Source of the DNA: Candidatus Symbiothrix sp.
GTDB lineage: Bacteria; Bacteroidota; Bacteroidia; Bacteroidales; Azobacteroidaceae
Assembly (NCBI GenBank): GCA_031261285.1
Contig: JAISKM010000087.1
Location: 4,516-68,515 of the forward strand
Reading direction: 5' to 3'
DNA: 64,000 bases
Shown: positions 8,510 through 18,779 of the stretch, piece by piece
Position numbering within the stretch: position 1 is the stretch's first letter
How the letters are laid out: each line of letters opens with the position of its first letter
Notes under the pieces: model-generated
Database searches by the model: none
Seen by the model: only the letters and a program-made list of their open reading frames with translations
What the model was told of the DNA's origin: nothing
Program-made: the position numbers and the translations under genes

Positions 8510-9067
8510 ATGAATTATTTCTCACATGAAACAGCAGTTGTAGACCCCGATTGCACGATAGGTGACGGCACCAAGATATGGCATTTCTCACATTTGATGG
8601 GTGGATGTACGTTGGGCAAAAATTGTGTGATTGCGCAAAATGTGTATATTGCGCCGCAGGTGGTGCTTGGAAATAATGTCAAGGTGCAAAATAATGTGTC
8701 GCTTTACACGGGTGTGACATGCGACGATGATGTGTTTTTGGGTCCGTCGTGTGTGTTTACGAATGTGATTAATCCGCGTGCAGCGATTTGTCGCAAAGAT
8801 GAATTTCAACAAACGCATGTGGGACGCGGGGCGACTATTGGTGCCAATGCCACGATTTTGTGTGGTATCACGATTGGCAACTATGCGTTCATCGGTGCAG
8901 GCGCGGTAGTGACAAAAAATGTACCTGACTATGCCTTAGTAATGGGTAATCCGGCACGTCAAACAGGTTGGATGAACGAAGAAGGCTACAAAACGGAGGG
9001 GATTCCCGCCTGCGCGGGAATGACAGCCATACAATCCTGCGCGGGAATGACAGGTCACAATGAATAG
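8510..9067 (+). CDS. wbpD: Hexapeptide N-acetyltransferase, WbpD/WlbB-like
   Basis: [18 protein letters not shown] and [13 protein letters not shown] motifs; C-terminus is REP-derived. Confidence 0.88.
   Translation: MNYFSHETAVVDPDCTIGDGTKIWHFSHLMGGCTLGKNCVIAQNVYIAPQVVLGNNVKVQNNVSLYTGVTCDDDVFLGPSCVFTNVINPRAAICRKDEFQQTHVGRGATIGANATILCGITIGNYAFIGAGAVVTKNVPDYALVMGNPARQTGWMNEEGYKTEGIPACAGMTAIQSCAGMTGHNE
8998..9051 (+). repeat. CGTC-type REP (ATTCCC-N8-GGGAAT) plus partial copy forming the wbpD C-terminus
   Basis: ggggattcccgcctgcgcgggaatgac ... cctgcgcgggaatgac encodes GIPACAGMT...CAGMT. Confidence 0.85.
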
Positions 9068-10109
9068 GATAAAATTCGCCGTAGTCGGCTACGGACACAT
9101 TGGCAAACGTCATGCAGAGATGATTTCGCGCAATTCCGATGCCGAATTGGTTGGTTTGTGTGACATTGACCCGTTGGCAATAACCCGTAGGGGCGAACCC
9201 TTGCGGTCGCCCAATCCCTCGCAGTTGCCCAATTACCAATTATCGGCAATCCCGTTTCATTCATCAATTGATGAGTTGTTGCAAAAAACGGATGCAGATG
9301 TTGTAAATATTTGTACGCCAAACGGGTTTCATGCTGCGTATGCCGTCAAAGCCTTAGAAGCAGGCAAGCACGTGGTGATTGAAAAACCGATGGCACTCAC
9401 GACGCTCGATGCCGAACAGGTGATTGAGGCATCAAAAAAAGTCAATAAACACATTTTTTGCGTGATGCAAAACCGCTATTCTCCGCCTTCGGTGTGGATC
9501 AAAGATTTAGTAGCATCAGGCAAATTGGGACAGATATATATGGTGCAGCTGAATTGCTATTGGAATCGCGATGCGCGCTATTACAAACAAGGCAATTGGC
9601 ACGGCACAGCCGATTTGGATGGCGGCACGTTGTTTACGCAGTTTTCGCACTTTATTGACATATTATATTGGTTGTTTGGTGATATTACGAATATTCAAAC
9701 TCGGTTTAACGATTTCAATCATAGCGATTTAACGGCATTTGAGGATTCCGGCATTGTTAATTTTGACTTCGTCAACGGCGGAATGGGTTGTTTGAATTAT
9801 TCGACGGCTGTGTGGGATAAAAATTTGGAAAGCAGTCTGACGCTAATTGCCGAAAATGGCAGCGTCAAAATTGGCGGACAATACATGAATGAAGTGAAAC
9901 AGTGTCATGTCAAAGATTACGAAATGCCAAATTTGGCGCCAACCAATCCGGGCAATGATTATGGTGCCTACAAAGGTTCGGCGCAAAATCATCACTTTGT
10001 GATTGAGAACGTGATCAATGTTTTGAATGGGAAAGCAGAAATTACAGCGACAGCCCAAGAGGGTTTGAAAGTGGTGGAGATAATAGAAAATATATACAAA
10101 TTAAAATAA
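9060..10109 (+). CDS. wbpB: Gfo/Idh/MocA oxidoreductase, WbpB/WlbA-like
   Basis: [24 protein letters not shown] and [14 protein letters not shown] motifs. Confidence 0.85.
   Translation: MNRIKFAVVGYGHIGKRHAEMISRNSDAELVGLCDIDPLAITRRGEPLRSPNPSQLPNYQLSAIPFHSSIDELLQKTDADVVNICTPNGFHAAYAVKALEAGKHVVIEKPMALTTLDAEQVIEASKKVNKHIFCVMQNRYSPPSVWIKDLVASGKLGQIYMVQLNCYWNRDARYYKQGNWHGTADLDGGTLFTQFSHFIDILYWLFGDITNIQTRFNDFNHSDLTAFEDSGIVNFDFVNGGMGCLNYSTAVWDKNLESSLTLIAENGSVKIGGQYMNEVKQCHVKDYEMPNLAPTNPGNDYGAYKGSAQNHHFVIENVINVLNGKAEITATAQEGLKVVEIIENIYKLK
9187..9212 (+). repeat. In-frame GTAG-type REP in wbpB
   Basis: Identical to 6224-6249 but read as RRGEPLRSP. Confidence 0.88.
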
Positions 10110-10124
10110 AATAATACACAATAT

Positions 10125-12512
10125 ATGAAGAAAATCATTTTATTTTCATTATGCTTTATGTTTTTTGTGACGGCGGGATTGGCTCAGATGTCGGATTCGC
10201 AGGTCTTGAATTATGTGAAGCAGGAACATACGAAAGGGACTTCGCAAGATCAGATTGCGACGGATTTAGTGAAGCGAGGTGTGACGAAAGCACAACTGGA
10301 GCGCATCAATAAGACTGTGAATGGCGCCGGAGAGGCTACCACAACTGCAAACACCGGTACATTCAACCTTGATCAGTCGCGGGAGCGTACTCAAATGCCC
10401 AATGAAACGGGTCTGCTTCTTTCGGGCACGATGGATGTTCCGACAAGTGGTGGCAAGCAAGTGTTTGGACGTACTATTTTTAATGCACAAAATTTGACGT
10501 TTAGTCCGAATGCGAATATTCCAACGCCTGCCAATTACCGTTTGGGTCCTGGTGACGAGGTGATTATTGATATTTGGGGTGTTTCTCAAGCATCCTTTCG
10601 GCAGACGATTTCTCCGGAAGGCCGGATTACGGTGGATCGTCTCGGACCGCTTTATTTGAATGGCATGACCATTCAGGAGGCCAATAACTATGTGCAACGG
10701 AAATTTGCTGAGGTCTATGGCGGTCTTGGTGAGGGCGGCGATTCGCAGATTCAGTTGACGTTGGGACAGATTCGCACGATACAAATTCAAGTGATGGGCG
10801 AAGTGGTGCGTCCGGGTACGTATGCTATCTCGTCGTTGGCATCTATTTTTCATGCTTTGTATATTGCCGGTGGCGTCAATGATATTGGGTCGTTGCGTGC
10901 GATTACCCTGGTGCGAAATGGCAAACCGCTACGCACGTTGGATGTGTATAAATACCTGTTGGAAGGCAAGTTAAATGAGGATATTCGCTTGACGGATAAC
11001 GATGTGGTGATGGTGCCGCCGTATATTTCATTGGTGGACATCGAGGGCAATGTGAAGCGCCCGATGTATTACGAAATGAAAGACAATGAAACGGTGGCGG
11101 ATTTGTTGATGTTTGCAGGCGGTTTTGCCGGCAATGCTTATGCCGACAAAGTGCGGTTAGCACGGAGTGGAGGGGCTGAAAATCAGTTATTTACACTCCT
11201 AAGTGATCAGTATAAAACATTCAAATTGGCAGATAAAGATGTCGTGACGGTAAGTCAGGGTTTGGATGAATATAAAAACAGGGTCGAAATTATAGGAGCC
11301 GTTTATAGAGAGGGCTATTATGAAATAGGCAACGACATCCAGACCGTTAAACAGTTGATTGCAGCAGCCGATGGCGTGCGTGGGGATGCGTTTTTGAATC
11401 GTGCTATTTTGACACGCGAAAAGGCGGATTTGACAACGGAAATTCTTCCGATAGATGTCCAAGGCTTGTTGAATGGTACTGTTTCGGATATTGTCTTGCA
11501 CAAAAATGATGCGTTGTTTATTCCTTCTGCCAACGCATTGAAGCGGCAAGGCGACTTTGTTGTGTTTGGAGCTGTGACGCGTCCGGGTGGATATAAATAT
11601 GCCGATAATACCACTTTGGAAGATTTGTTGGTGCAAGCCGGCGGTTTGTTGGAGTCGGCGTCTATGGTGCGTGTGGATATTGCACGTCGCGTTATTGATC
11701 CGCGTAGTATGACGACTACGAACACGTTGGCTCAAACGTTTTCGTTTGGCATCAAAGATGGTTTAGTGGTCGATGGCACATCCGGTTTTATTTTGCAACC
11801 TTACGACCAAGTGTATGTGCGTCAAAGTCCGGGTTATCATGTGCAGCAAAATGTGCATATAGATGGAGAAGTCTTATTTCCTGGCACTTATGTTTTGAAT
11901 AAAAAGACCGAACGTCTGTCGGATATTGTGAAGCGAGCAGGCAATTTGACGCCGGATGCGTATGCCAAAAGTGCCCGTTTGATTCGTCAACGAAGTTCGG
12001 ATGAGAATTTTCGAGCACAGCAAGCATTTAAGTTGGCTCAAAAAAGTGTAAATGATTCGATTGATGTAGCAGAATTGGATCTTGCTCCAACTTTTACGAT
12101 TGGTATAGAATTGGATAAGGCGGTGCAAAATCCGGGATCGGATTATGATGTCGTCTTAAAAGAAGGCGACCGTTTGGTGATTCCCGAATATGACAACATA
12201 GTGAAGATTGATGGCGCGGTCATGTATCCGAACACGGTAGTGTATAAGGCGGGACAGAAAGCAAGCTATTACATCAATCAGGCAGGCGGTTATAGTGATA
12301 ATGCCAAGAAAAACAAAGGATATGTCATTTATATGAATGGTACGGTGGCGAAAATCAAAGGTTCGGACAAAAATTTGATTCAGCCGGGTAGTGTCATTAT
12401 TGTGCCGACGAAAGAGGAAAAATCCAAAATGTCGACGGGTGAAATAATCAGCATAAGCTCTTCTGTGGCATCTATGGCGACGGTGATTGCTTTACTCATT
12501 AACTCTTTTTAA
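10125..12512 (+). CDS. wza: SLBB-domain polysaccharide export protein (Wza/KpsD-like)
   Basis: Signal peptide, YRLGPGDEVIIDIWG, repeated SLBB G-x-V-x-x-PG motifs. Confidence 0.9.
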   Translation: MKKIILFSLCFMFFVTAGLAQMSDSQVLNYVKQEHTKGTSQDQIATDLVKRGVTKAQLERINKTVNGAGEATTTANTGTFNLDQSRERTQMPNETGLLLSGTMDVPTSGGKQVFGRTIFNAQNLTFSPNANIPTPANYRLGPGDEVIIDIWGVSQASFRQTISPEGRITVDRLGPLYLNGMTIQEANNYVQRKFAEVYGGLGEGGDSQIQLTLGQIRTIQIQVMGEVVRPGTYAISSLASIFHALYIAGGVNDIGSLRAITLVRNGKPLRTLDVYKYLLEGKLNEDIRLTDNDVVMVPPYISLVDIEGNVKRPMYYEMKDNETVADLLMFAGGFAGNAYADKVRLARSGGAENQLFTLLSDQYKTFKLADKDVVTVSQGLDEYKNRVEIIGAVYREGYYEIGNDIQTVKQLIAAADGVRGDAFLNRAILTREKADLTTEILPIDVQGLLNGTVSDIVLHKNDALFIPSANALKRQGDFVVFGAVTRPGGYKYADNTTLEDLLVQAGGLLESASMVRVDIARRVIDPRSMTTTNTLAQTFSFGIKDGLVVDGTSGFILQPYDQVYVRQSPGYHVQQNVHIDGEVLFPGTYVLNKKTERLSDIVKRAGNLTPDAYAKSARLIRQRSSDENFRAQQAFKLAQKSVNDSIDVAELDLAPTFTIGIELDKAVQNPGSDYDVVLKEGDRLVIPEYDNIVKIDGAVMYPNTVVYKAGQKASYYINQAGGYSDNAKKNKGYVIYMNGTVAKIKGSDKNLIQPGSVIIVPTKEEKSKMSTGEIISISSSVASMATVIALLINSF

Positions 12513-12514
12513 TT

Positions 12515-13573
12515 ATGGAAGAACAAGAAATTGATTTGATGGAGATTGTCAAGAAGATTTGGGCACAGCGCAAATTTATTTTGACTGTTTGTGGTATTGG
12601 CTTGTTAATCGGCATTGTTGTGGCGATAAGTATTCCGAAAGAATACACGACTACGGCGATTTTAGCACCCGAAGCAGGCAGTGGTGGTCAAGGCAATATG
12701 GGTGCTCTGGCAGCGATGGCCGGCATTAATTTGTCATCGGGTGGTGAAAATCAGGAAATTTCGCCTGAGTTGTATCCGGATATTGCACGTTCTACACCTT
12801 TTCTTGCGGGTTTGTTCAATATTCCGGTGATTGATTCCCGGCAAAAAATCAATACTACGCTTTATGATTATCTCAAAGAAGATCAAAAAAGTCCTTGGTG
12901 GTCAGCAATTTTTGGCTTGCCGGGCAAGTTGATTGGTTTATTTTCGTCCGGAAAAGCAGTATCTGTGCCGCAAGAATCTACTTTTGCTGCACGACCCATT
13001 AAATTGACAGGCGAGGAATCGGGTATTTTGGATAATTTAAGTGGACGTATTGGGGTGTCTGTTGATAAAAAAACGGGAGTTATCAAATTGTCGTCGACCA
13101 TGCAAAGTTCAGAAATTTCGGCTTTGATTGCCGACACGGTCGTTTCTTATTTGCAGTCCTATATTATCAGTTATCGTACACAAAAAGCGCGTCAAGATTT
13201 GGCTTACACACAAAAACTGCACGATGAGGCGCAGGAGCAGTATTATCAGGCGCAAAAAAATTATGCCGGTTATCAGGATGAGAATTTTGGAGTTGTCTCC
13301 ATGCGCTACGGCATGACGCGCGAACGTTTGCAAAACGAGATGACGTTGGCGTATGGGCTCTACAATCAGATGGCGCAGCAATTGCAAATGGCAAAAGTGA
13401 AGGTACAAAATAATACGCCCGTCTACACCGTCATTCAACCGCCGGTTGTGCCGTTGAGAGCTGCCAGTCCAAAAAAATCCATGATTTTAATTGGCTTTTT
13501 GTTCCTGTCTTTTATTGGGGCTTGTGGCTGGATTTTTGTGAAAGATTATTTGTTGAAGCAAAAAGAAGCGTAA
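12515..13573 (+). CDS. wzz: Chain-length determinant
   Basis: EIDLMEI start, two terminal TM helices, VIQPPVVP...SPKK. Confidence 0.88.
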   Translation: MEEQEIDLMEIVKKIWAQRKFILTVCGIGLLIGIVVAISIPKEYTTTAILAPEAGSGGQGNMGALAAMAGINLSSGGENQEISPELYPDIARSTPFLAGLFNIPVIDSRQKINTTLYDYLKEDQKSPWWSAIFGLPGKLIGLFSSGKAVSVPQESTFAARPIKLTGEESGILDNLSGRIGVSVDKKTGVIKLSSTMQSSEISALIADTVVSYLQSYIISYRTQKARQDLAYTQKLHDEAQEQYYQAQKNYAGYQDENFGVVSMRYGMTRERLQNEMTLAYGLYNQMAQQLQMAKVKVQNNTPVYTVIQPPVVPLRAASPKKSMILIGFLFLSFIGACGWIFVKDYLLKQKEA

Positions 13574-13577
13574 CCGG

Positions 13578-14798
13578 ATGCCTCACTCGCAAGAAATAAA
13601 AATTGCAGTCATCGGATTAGGCTATGTCGGACTGCCTTTAGCACGCTTATTTGCAATCCAATACTCCGTTGTGGGTTTTGATATTAATGAAAAACGCGTG
13701 GACGCGTTGGCAACGAATCGTCATTGCGTTGCGGGCTGCGACCCGCAATCTTACCCGCAATCCCCTGATGGCTTGTCTTATTCCGGCAACATAGACCACA
13801 TTAAGGACTGTAATTATTACATCATCACCGTCCCAACACCTGTAGACAAAGATAATCGTCCCGATTTAACAATTTTGTTGAACGCCACTCAAACCGTTGG
13901 TCAGGTGCTCAAAAAAGGCGATACTGTGATTTATGAATCGACCGTATATCCGGGCTGCACGGAAGAAGAATGCGTGCCTGTGTTAGAAAAAACGTCGGGG
14001 TTAAAATTCAATGTGGATTTTTTTGTGGGCTACAGTCCGGAGCGCATCAATCCGGGCGACAGAGAGCACACGGTGGAGCGGATAAAAAAAGTAACGTCAG
14101 GATCCACGCCGGAAACAGCCGAGCAGGTGGATGCACTTTATTCTTCTGTGATTTTGGCAGGTACGCATTTAGCGCCGAGTATTCGCGTGGCTGAAGCAAG
14201 TAAAGTGATTGAAAATGCTCAACGCGACATCAATATTGCGTTTGTCAATGAGGCGAAAAAGATTTTTGACACACTGGGGATTGATACCAACGCTGTGTTG
14301 GAAGCAGCCGGCACGAAATGGAATTTTATGCCTTTCAAGCCGGGATTAGTTGGCGGTTATTGCATTGGTGCAGCGACTTATTATCTGGCTCATAAGGCTC
14401 AAAACAGCGATTATTATCCCGAAATTATTTTGGCGGGTCGACAAATGAACGAAAGTATGGGTGCCTATTTTGCTTCGGAAGTGGTAAAAAAAATGATTCG
14501 GCAAGGTATTCCGGTCAAAGGGGCAAACATCCTTGTTTTGGGCATCACTTTCAAAGAAAACAATCCCGATGTGCGTAATAGTAAGGTCGTAGATGTGATT
14601 AAGGCGTTGCAAGAGTATGGTATGAACATTACGATTTACGATCCAATCGCAAATCCTGCAAACGTGCAGCGCGAATATGGCTTGGTGAGTCTGTCCGAAA
14701 TGCCCACAGAAAAATTTGATGCGGTAGTGAAAACTGTGGCACACCAAGCGCTTGAGAATATACCGTTGAATAGTGAGGTAGTTTATTTTATCAAATAA
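13578..14798 (+). CDS. wbpA: Nucleotide-sugar (UDP-GlcNAc) 6-dehydrogenase, WbpA/VipA-like, with divergent motifs
   Basis: GLGYVGLP, YSPERINPGD and KVIENAQRDINIA; catalytic region reads GGYCIGAATY. Confidence 0.8.
   Translation: MPHSQEIKIAVIGLGYVGLPLARLFAIQYSVVGFDINEKRVDALATNRHCVAGCDPQSYPQSPDGLSYSGNIDHIKDCNYYIITVPTPVDKDNRPDLTILLNATQTVGQVLKKGDTVIYESTVYPGCTEEECVPVLEKTSGLKFNVDFFVGYSPERINPGDREHTVERIKKVTSGSTPETAEQVDALYSSVILAGTHLAPSIRVAEASKVIENAQRDINIAFVNEAKKIFDTLGIDTNAVLEAAGTKWNFMPFKPGLVGGYCIGAATYYLAHKAQNSDYYPEIILAGRQMNESMGAYFASEVVKKMIRQGIPVKGANILVLGITFKENNPDVRNSKVVDVIKALQEYGMNITIYDPIANPANVQREYGLVSLSEMPTEKFDAVVKTVAHQALENIPLNSEVVYFIK
13720..13765 (-). repeat. In-frame CGTC-type REP in wbpA (opposite orientation)
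   Basis: gtcattgcgttgcgggctgcgacccgcaatcttacccgcaatcccc; encodes RHCVAGCDPQSYPQSP. Confidence 0.8.
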
Positions 14799-14813
14799 AT
14801 AAAATTTTATACT

Positions 14814-16253
14814 ATGAGCGAACTGTTGAATCCTTGGGATGCGCCGATTACTTCTATTTGTTGTATTGGGGCGGGCTATGTCGGTGGACCGACGATGGCT
14901 GTGATTGCTCAAAAATGTCCACATATCAAGGTTACGATTGTAGATGTTAATGCACAGCGCATTGCGGCTTGGAATGGAGACGATTTGGATGCGCTTCCCG
15001 TTTATGAACCTGGATTGAAGGACGTTATCCGGGCTACTCGAGGAAAAAATTTGTTTTTTTCGACCGGTATAGAACAGGCGATTCGCGAGGCTCAAATGAT
15101 TTTTATCGCGGTCAATACGCCAACTAAGACTTACGGCGTGGGTAAAGGGATGGCTGCTGATTTAAAATACATCGAATTATGTGCCCGTCAGATTGCCAAG
15201 GTCGCCAATGGGAATAAGATTGTAGTAGAAAAATCCACTTTGCCTGTGCGCACAGCGGAAAGTTTAAAAATAATTCTCGAATCGGAAAGCACAACACATC
15301 GCTTTAAAATATTGTCTAATCCCGAATTTTTGGCAGAAGGCACGGCGGTAAACGACTTGCATCATCCCGATAGAGTGTTGATTGGTGGAGATTCTGATGC
15401 AGAGGGTCAAAAAGCCATTCAGGCTTTGGTGGCTATTTATGCCAACTGGGTGCCACGAGAAAAGATATTAACAACCAATGTGTGGTCGTCCGAATTGTCT
15501 AAATTGGTGGGCAATGCCTTTTTAGCTCAACGTATTTCGTCGATCAACGCCATTTCGGCGTTGTGTGAAAAAACGGAAGCCGATGTGGACGAAGTGGCAG
15601 GAGCCATTGGGATGGATAGTCGTATTGGCCCGAAATTCTTAAAAAGTTCAGTGGGATTTGGCGGAAGTTGTTTCCAAAAAGATATTCTGAACTTGGTTTA
15701 TTTGTGCCGGCATTTCAATTTGCCGGAAGTAGCCAATTATTGGGAACAGGTGATTTTGATTAATGATTATCAGAAAAAACGTTTTGCACAACAGATTGTC
15801 GAATCTTTATTTAATACCGTCAGCGGCAAAAAAATTGCATTCCTTGGTTGGGCATTCAAAAAAGATACGAATGATACCCGCGAATCGGCTGCTATTTATG
15901 TGGCTTATGAATTGCTGAAAGAAACGGCAGAAATTCACATTTATGATCCAAAAGTGTCAAAAGAGCAGATTGAAAAGGATATCACCTATCTGTTGCACCA
16001 AAAAGGGCACGATGAGACAGTTGCTTCGTTTTTGAAGCAAATTCATGTCTATGATGAGCCTTATTCCGCATTGAATCAATCGCATGCCATAGCGGTGTTG
16101 ACCGAATGGGATGTGTTTACAACATTGGATTGGACGACTGTCTATCAAAATATGCACAAGCCGGCATTTGTTTTCGATGGACGCAATATTTTAGATGCTC
16201 CCGCATTGCAAAAAATTGGATTTGAAGTGAAAAGTATTGGCCGGAAAAATTGA
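14814..16253 (+). CDS. ugd: UDP-glucose 6-dehydrogenase
   Basis: [27 protein letters not shown] and [10 protein letters not shown] motifs. Confidence 0.93.
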   Translation: MSELLNPWDAPITSICCIGAGYVGGPTMAVIAQKCPHIKVTIVDVNAQRIAAWNGDDLDALPVYEPGLKDVIRATRGKNLFFSTGIEQAIREAQMIFIAVNTPTKTYGVGKGMAADLKYIELCARQIAKVANGNKIVVEKSTLPVRTAESLKIILESESTTHRFKILSNPEFLAEGTAVNDLHHPDRVLIGGDSDAEGQKAIQALVAIYANWVPREKILTTNVWSSELSKLVGNAFLAQRISSINAISALCEKTEADVDEVAGAIGMDSRIGPKFLKSSVGFGGSCFQKDILNLVYLCRHFNLPEVANYWEQVILINDYQKKRFAQQIVESLFNTVSGKKIAFLGWAFKKDTNDTRESAAIYVAYELLKETAEIHIYDPKVSKEQIEKDITYLLHQKGHDETVASFLKQIHVYDEPYSALNQSHAIAVLTEWDVFTTLDWTTVYQNMHKPAFVFDGRNILDAPALQKIGFEVKSIGRKN

Positions 16254-16260
16254 AATATAG

Positions 16261-17199
16261 ATGAAGCGAATTTTAGTGACCGGAGGTGCCGGATTTATTG
16301 GTTCTCATTTGTGCACGCGATTAGTTGCGGAGGGACATGATGTTATTTGCTTGGATAACTTTTTTACCGGCTCGAAAGCCAATGTCGCACATCTCATAGG
16401 TAATTATCGCTTTGAATTGGTTCGTCACGACGTGATTAATCCGTATCATGTGGAGGTCGATGAAATATACAACTTGGCTTGTCCGGCTTCGCCTGTTCAT
16501 TATCAATACAATCCTATCAAGACCATCAAAACGTCGGTGATGGGTGCCATCAATATGTTGGGTTTAGCCAAACGGGTGAATGCAAAAATATTGCAGGCCT
16601 CGACCAGCGAAGTGTATGGCGATCCGGCGATTCATCCTCAGCCGGAGTCGTATTGGGGCCATGTCAATCCGATCGGGATTCGTTCCTGTTACGACGAAGG
16701 GAAGCGCTGTGCGGAAACTCTTTTCATGGATTATCACCGTCAAAACAATGTACGCATCAAAATTATTCGCATCTTCAACACGTATGGTCCGAACATGAAC
16801 GTAAACGACGGGCGGGTGGTTTCTAACTTTATCGTGCAGGCGTTGAAGGGTGAAGACATCACGATTTACGGCGACGGCACACACACCCGGAGTTTTCAAT
16901 ATGTCGATGATTTGGTAGAAGGCATGATGCGCGTCATGGCAACCGGTGATTCGTTTACCGGCCCCGTGAATCTGGGCAATCCGGAAGAATTTACCATGCA
17001 GGAATTGGCAGAAGTCGTTTTGCGATTAACTAATTCCAAATCAAAAATTATCCATTTACCTTTGCCGGCCGATGATCCCAAACAACGCAAGCCGGACATT
17101 GCTTTGGCGAAAGAAAAGTTGAATTGGGAACCGAAAATCAAGTTAGAACAAGGCATTAAAAATTCGATTGCCTATTTTTCAGAGAAAATAGAGGGATAA
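16261..17199 (+). CDS. uxs: UDP-glucuronate decarboxylase (UDP-xylose synthase)
   Basis: [27 protein letters not shown] and YDEGKR motifs. Confidence 0.93.
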   Translation: MKRILVTGGAGFIGSHLCTRLVAEGHDVICLDNFFTGSKANVAHLIGNYRFELVRHDVINPYHVEVDEIYNLACPASPVHYQYNPIKTIKTSVMGAINMLGLAKRVNAKILQASTSEVYGDPAIHPQPESYWGHVNPIGIRSCYDEGKRCAETLFMDYHRQNNVRIKIIRIFNTYGPNMNVNDGRVVSNFIVQALKGEDITIYGDGTHTRSFQYVDDLVEGMMRVMATGDSFTGPVNLGNPEEFTMQELAEVVLRLTNSKSKIIHLPLPADDPKQRKPDIALAKEKLNWEPKIKLEQGIKNSIAYFSEKIEG

Positions 17200-17474
17200 G
17201 AACCAGGTGCGTTGGAAACATCGCTATTCGGAACTTGTTTCGCATATTTTCGGCTTTTTGTGCCGACAAACACAAACCTTTCAAACACACTGTGTCGATA
17301 TTCCCTTCCAATCGGCAATCTTTCCCCGTTACTCATAAAAAGAATGTTTCCTTCTATCTCATCCACATGTTGTAAATTGATCATATACGCACGATGGATA
17401 CGTATAAAGTCGCTTTTTAAATTGAACGTCAATCCGTTGGCAAAAGCGTTGGGGATCATAAAATAGCGCAACAA
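17172..17474 (-). pseudogene. LytTR-domain 3' fragment
   Basis: FIRIHRAYMIN...LPIGREY; lacks receiver domain; converges on and overlaps the uxs end. Confidence 0.7.
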
Positions 17475-17482
17475 ATCGTTTT

Positions 17483-17844
17483 CGGCATACTCTCCTGACC
17501 TGCTTTGACGGCAATGTCGAGTGTGTATTCGACACTGTACTTGGAATCCTGCATCGCTTTGGAGTCTTTCTTGCTCGAGTAGGAAGCCGATGCCTCCAAC
17601 GATGCGCTGAACGGACCAAATCCAACTTTTGCATTGAATTTGCCGGCAGCGGTGGTGTCACTGCTTTCTTTTCGCCGGTTGTCGGATCGGTGTTTAACAC
17701 TTCCTGAATAAATTTCCAGGTTGTTTCGGCTGCCATAGCCTGTGCTTCAATCGCCGCTTTCAGAGGAGACCCGATGATCTGACTGAAAGGGAGTCCCGCC
17801 AAAGCGTTGCTTGCGACTTGTGACGGAGTGGTGTCAATTGCCAT
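17483..17844 (-). pseudogene. DUF2589-like gene with internal deletion and frameshift, joined to the LytTR fragment
   Basis: MAIDTTPSQVAS...IEAQAMAAETTWKFIQEV, then a second frame GPFSASLEASASYSSKKDSK...YSVEYTLDIAVKAGQESMP. Confidence 0.65.
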
Positions 17845-18001
17845 ACTGTTTAAATTTTTAATTAATGAATAAAATGAACTAATTCGTGGAATATTTCGAC
17901 ACAAAAATAGTCCCAACCAATCCCCTCCGACAACTTTATTCTCCCAACAACCGATTTCGCCCGATGAACAGCATCTTTTTGGATTTTCACAAATTTTTGT
18001 A

Positions 18002-18114
18002 TACCTTTGCACCGGTCTATACAACCAAATGAGCGTTCCTGTTTAAGGCGCGCTGATTTGGCGCAATTTTTTTTGAATACGTGGGGCACACCTCATGTAG
18101 CGAAGCTTTTGTGT
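18002..18114 (+). promoter_or_regulatory. Promoter (-7 TACCTTTG) plus second ops/JUMPstart-like leader
   Basis: TAnnTTTG at 18002-18009; 18023-18114 matches 7104-7197 in several blocks. Confidence 0.65.
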
Positions 18115-18255
18115 AAAAATAGATGCAGAAAATTCAAAAAACATAGGTGCAGAAATCTGTAAGTGCTCAAAATCAGCATATTTAGAGGTGAAAATGGGGT
18201 TAAAAAACAATATATTAGCACTTACAAATTCAAAGTCGGATGCGATTAGATTCTA

Positions 18256-18435
18256 AGCTGGCAGGGCGGTTATTACACAACAACCATTAACGGCAAAGGC
18301 GAGCCCACGTTGAAAGATATTTTGCAAGTAGCATCGGACGCAGAAATTTCCGTTAAAAAAGCCAATGAAATCATCGAATCGGTCGTTGAAACATGCCGTT
18401 CGGCAAAAAACATACAGATATATCTAAAATTTTAG
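18256..18435 (+). pseudogene. HipA-family C-terminal remnant
   Basis: YTTTINGKGEPTLKDILQVASDAEISVKKANEIIESV; no start codon. Confidence 0.55.
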
Positions 18436-18476
18436 AATTATTTGGAGAATAATACAAATATATCTATATTTGTAGC

Positions 18477-18779
18477 ATGAACATGAATCGGCAAAATAAA
18501 TTATACGAGCAATCGGACAGTGAGATTATCCAACAAATTGGAAAAAATTATCGTCTATATCGCAAGCGGATGGGTTTTACTCAAAAAGAAGTCGCCAATC
18601 AGTCGGGATTAAGCGTTTTTACGATTAGCTCGTTTGAAAGCGGTGCTGCGACCGGTATTACATTTGCATCGTTCGTGAAACTCTTACGTGCAATTAACTG
18701 CTTAGACGAGATTGAAAAACTGTTGCCTGAACTGCCGGCAAGCCCGCGAGCCTTGTTTTTGAAACAACATGGAAACTAA
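18477..18779 (+). CDS. XRE HTH antitoxin (HipB-like)
   Basis: FTQKEVANQSGLSVFTISSFESG; overlaps hipA start; -7 box at 18465-18472. Confidence 0.85.
   Translation: MNMNRQNKLYEQSDSEIIQQIGKNYRLYRKRMGFTQKEVANQSGLSVFTISSFESGAATGITFASFVKLLRAINCLDEIEKLLPELPASPRALFLKQHGN

Noticed and set aside
8998-9024. Neisseria dRS3 as evidence of transfer from Neisseria
   Set aside because: ATTCCC-N8-GGGAAT belongs to the widespread CGTC repeat class, so it gives no donor information
17359-18024. 221-aa ORF as a real gene
   Set aside because: Only 17844 to ~17660 is coding-like; the rest is upstream non-coding DNA and out-of-frame remnant
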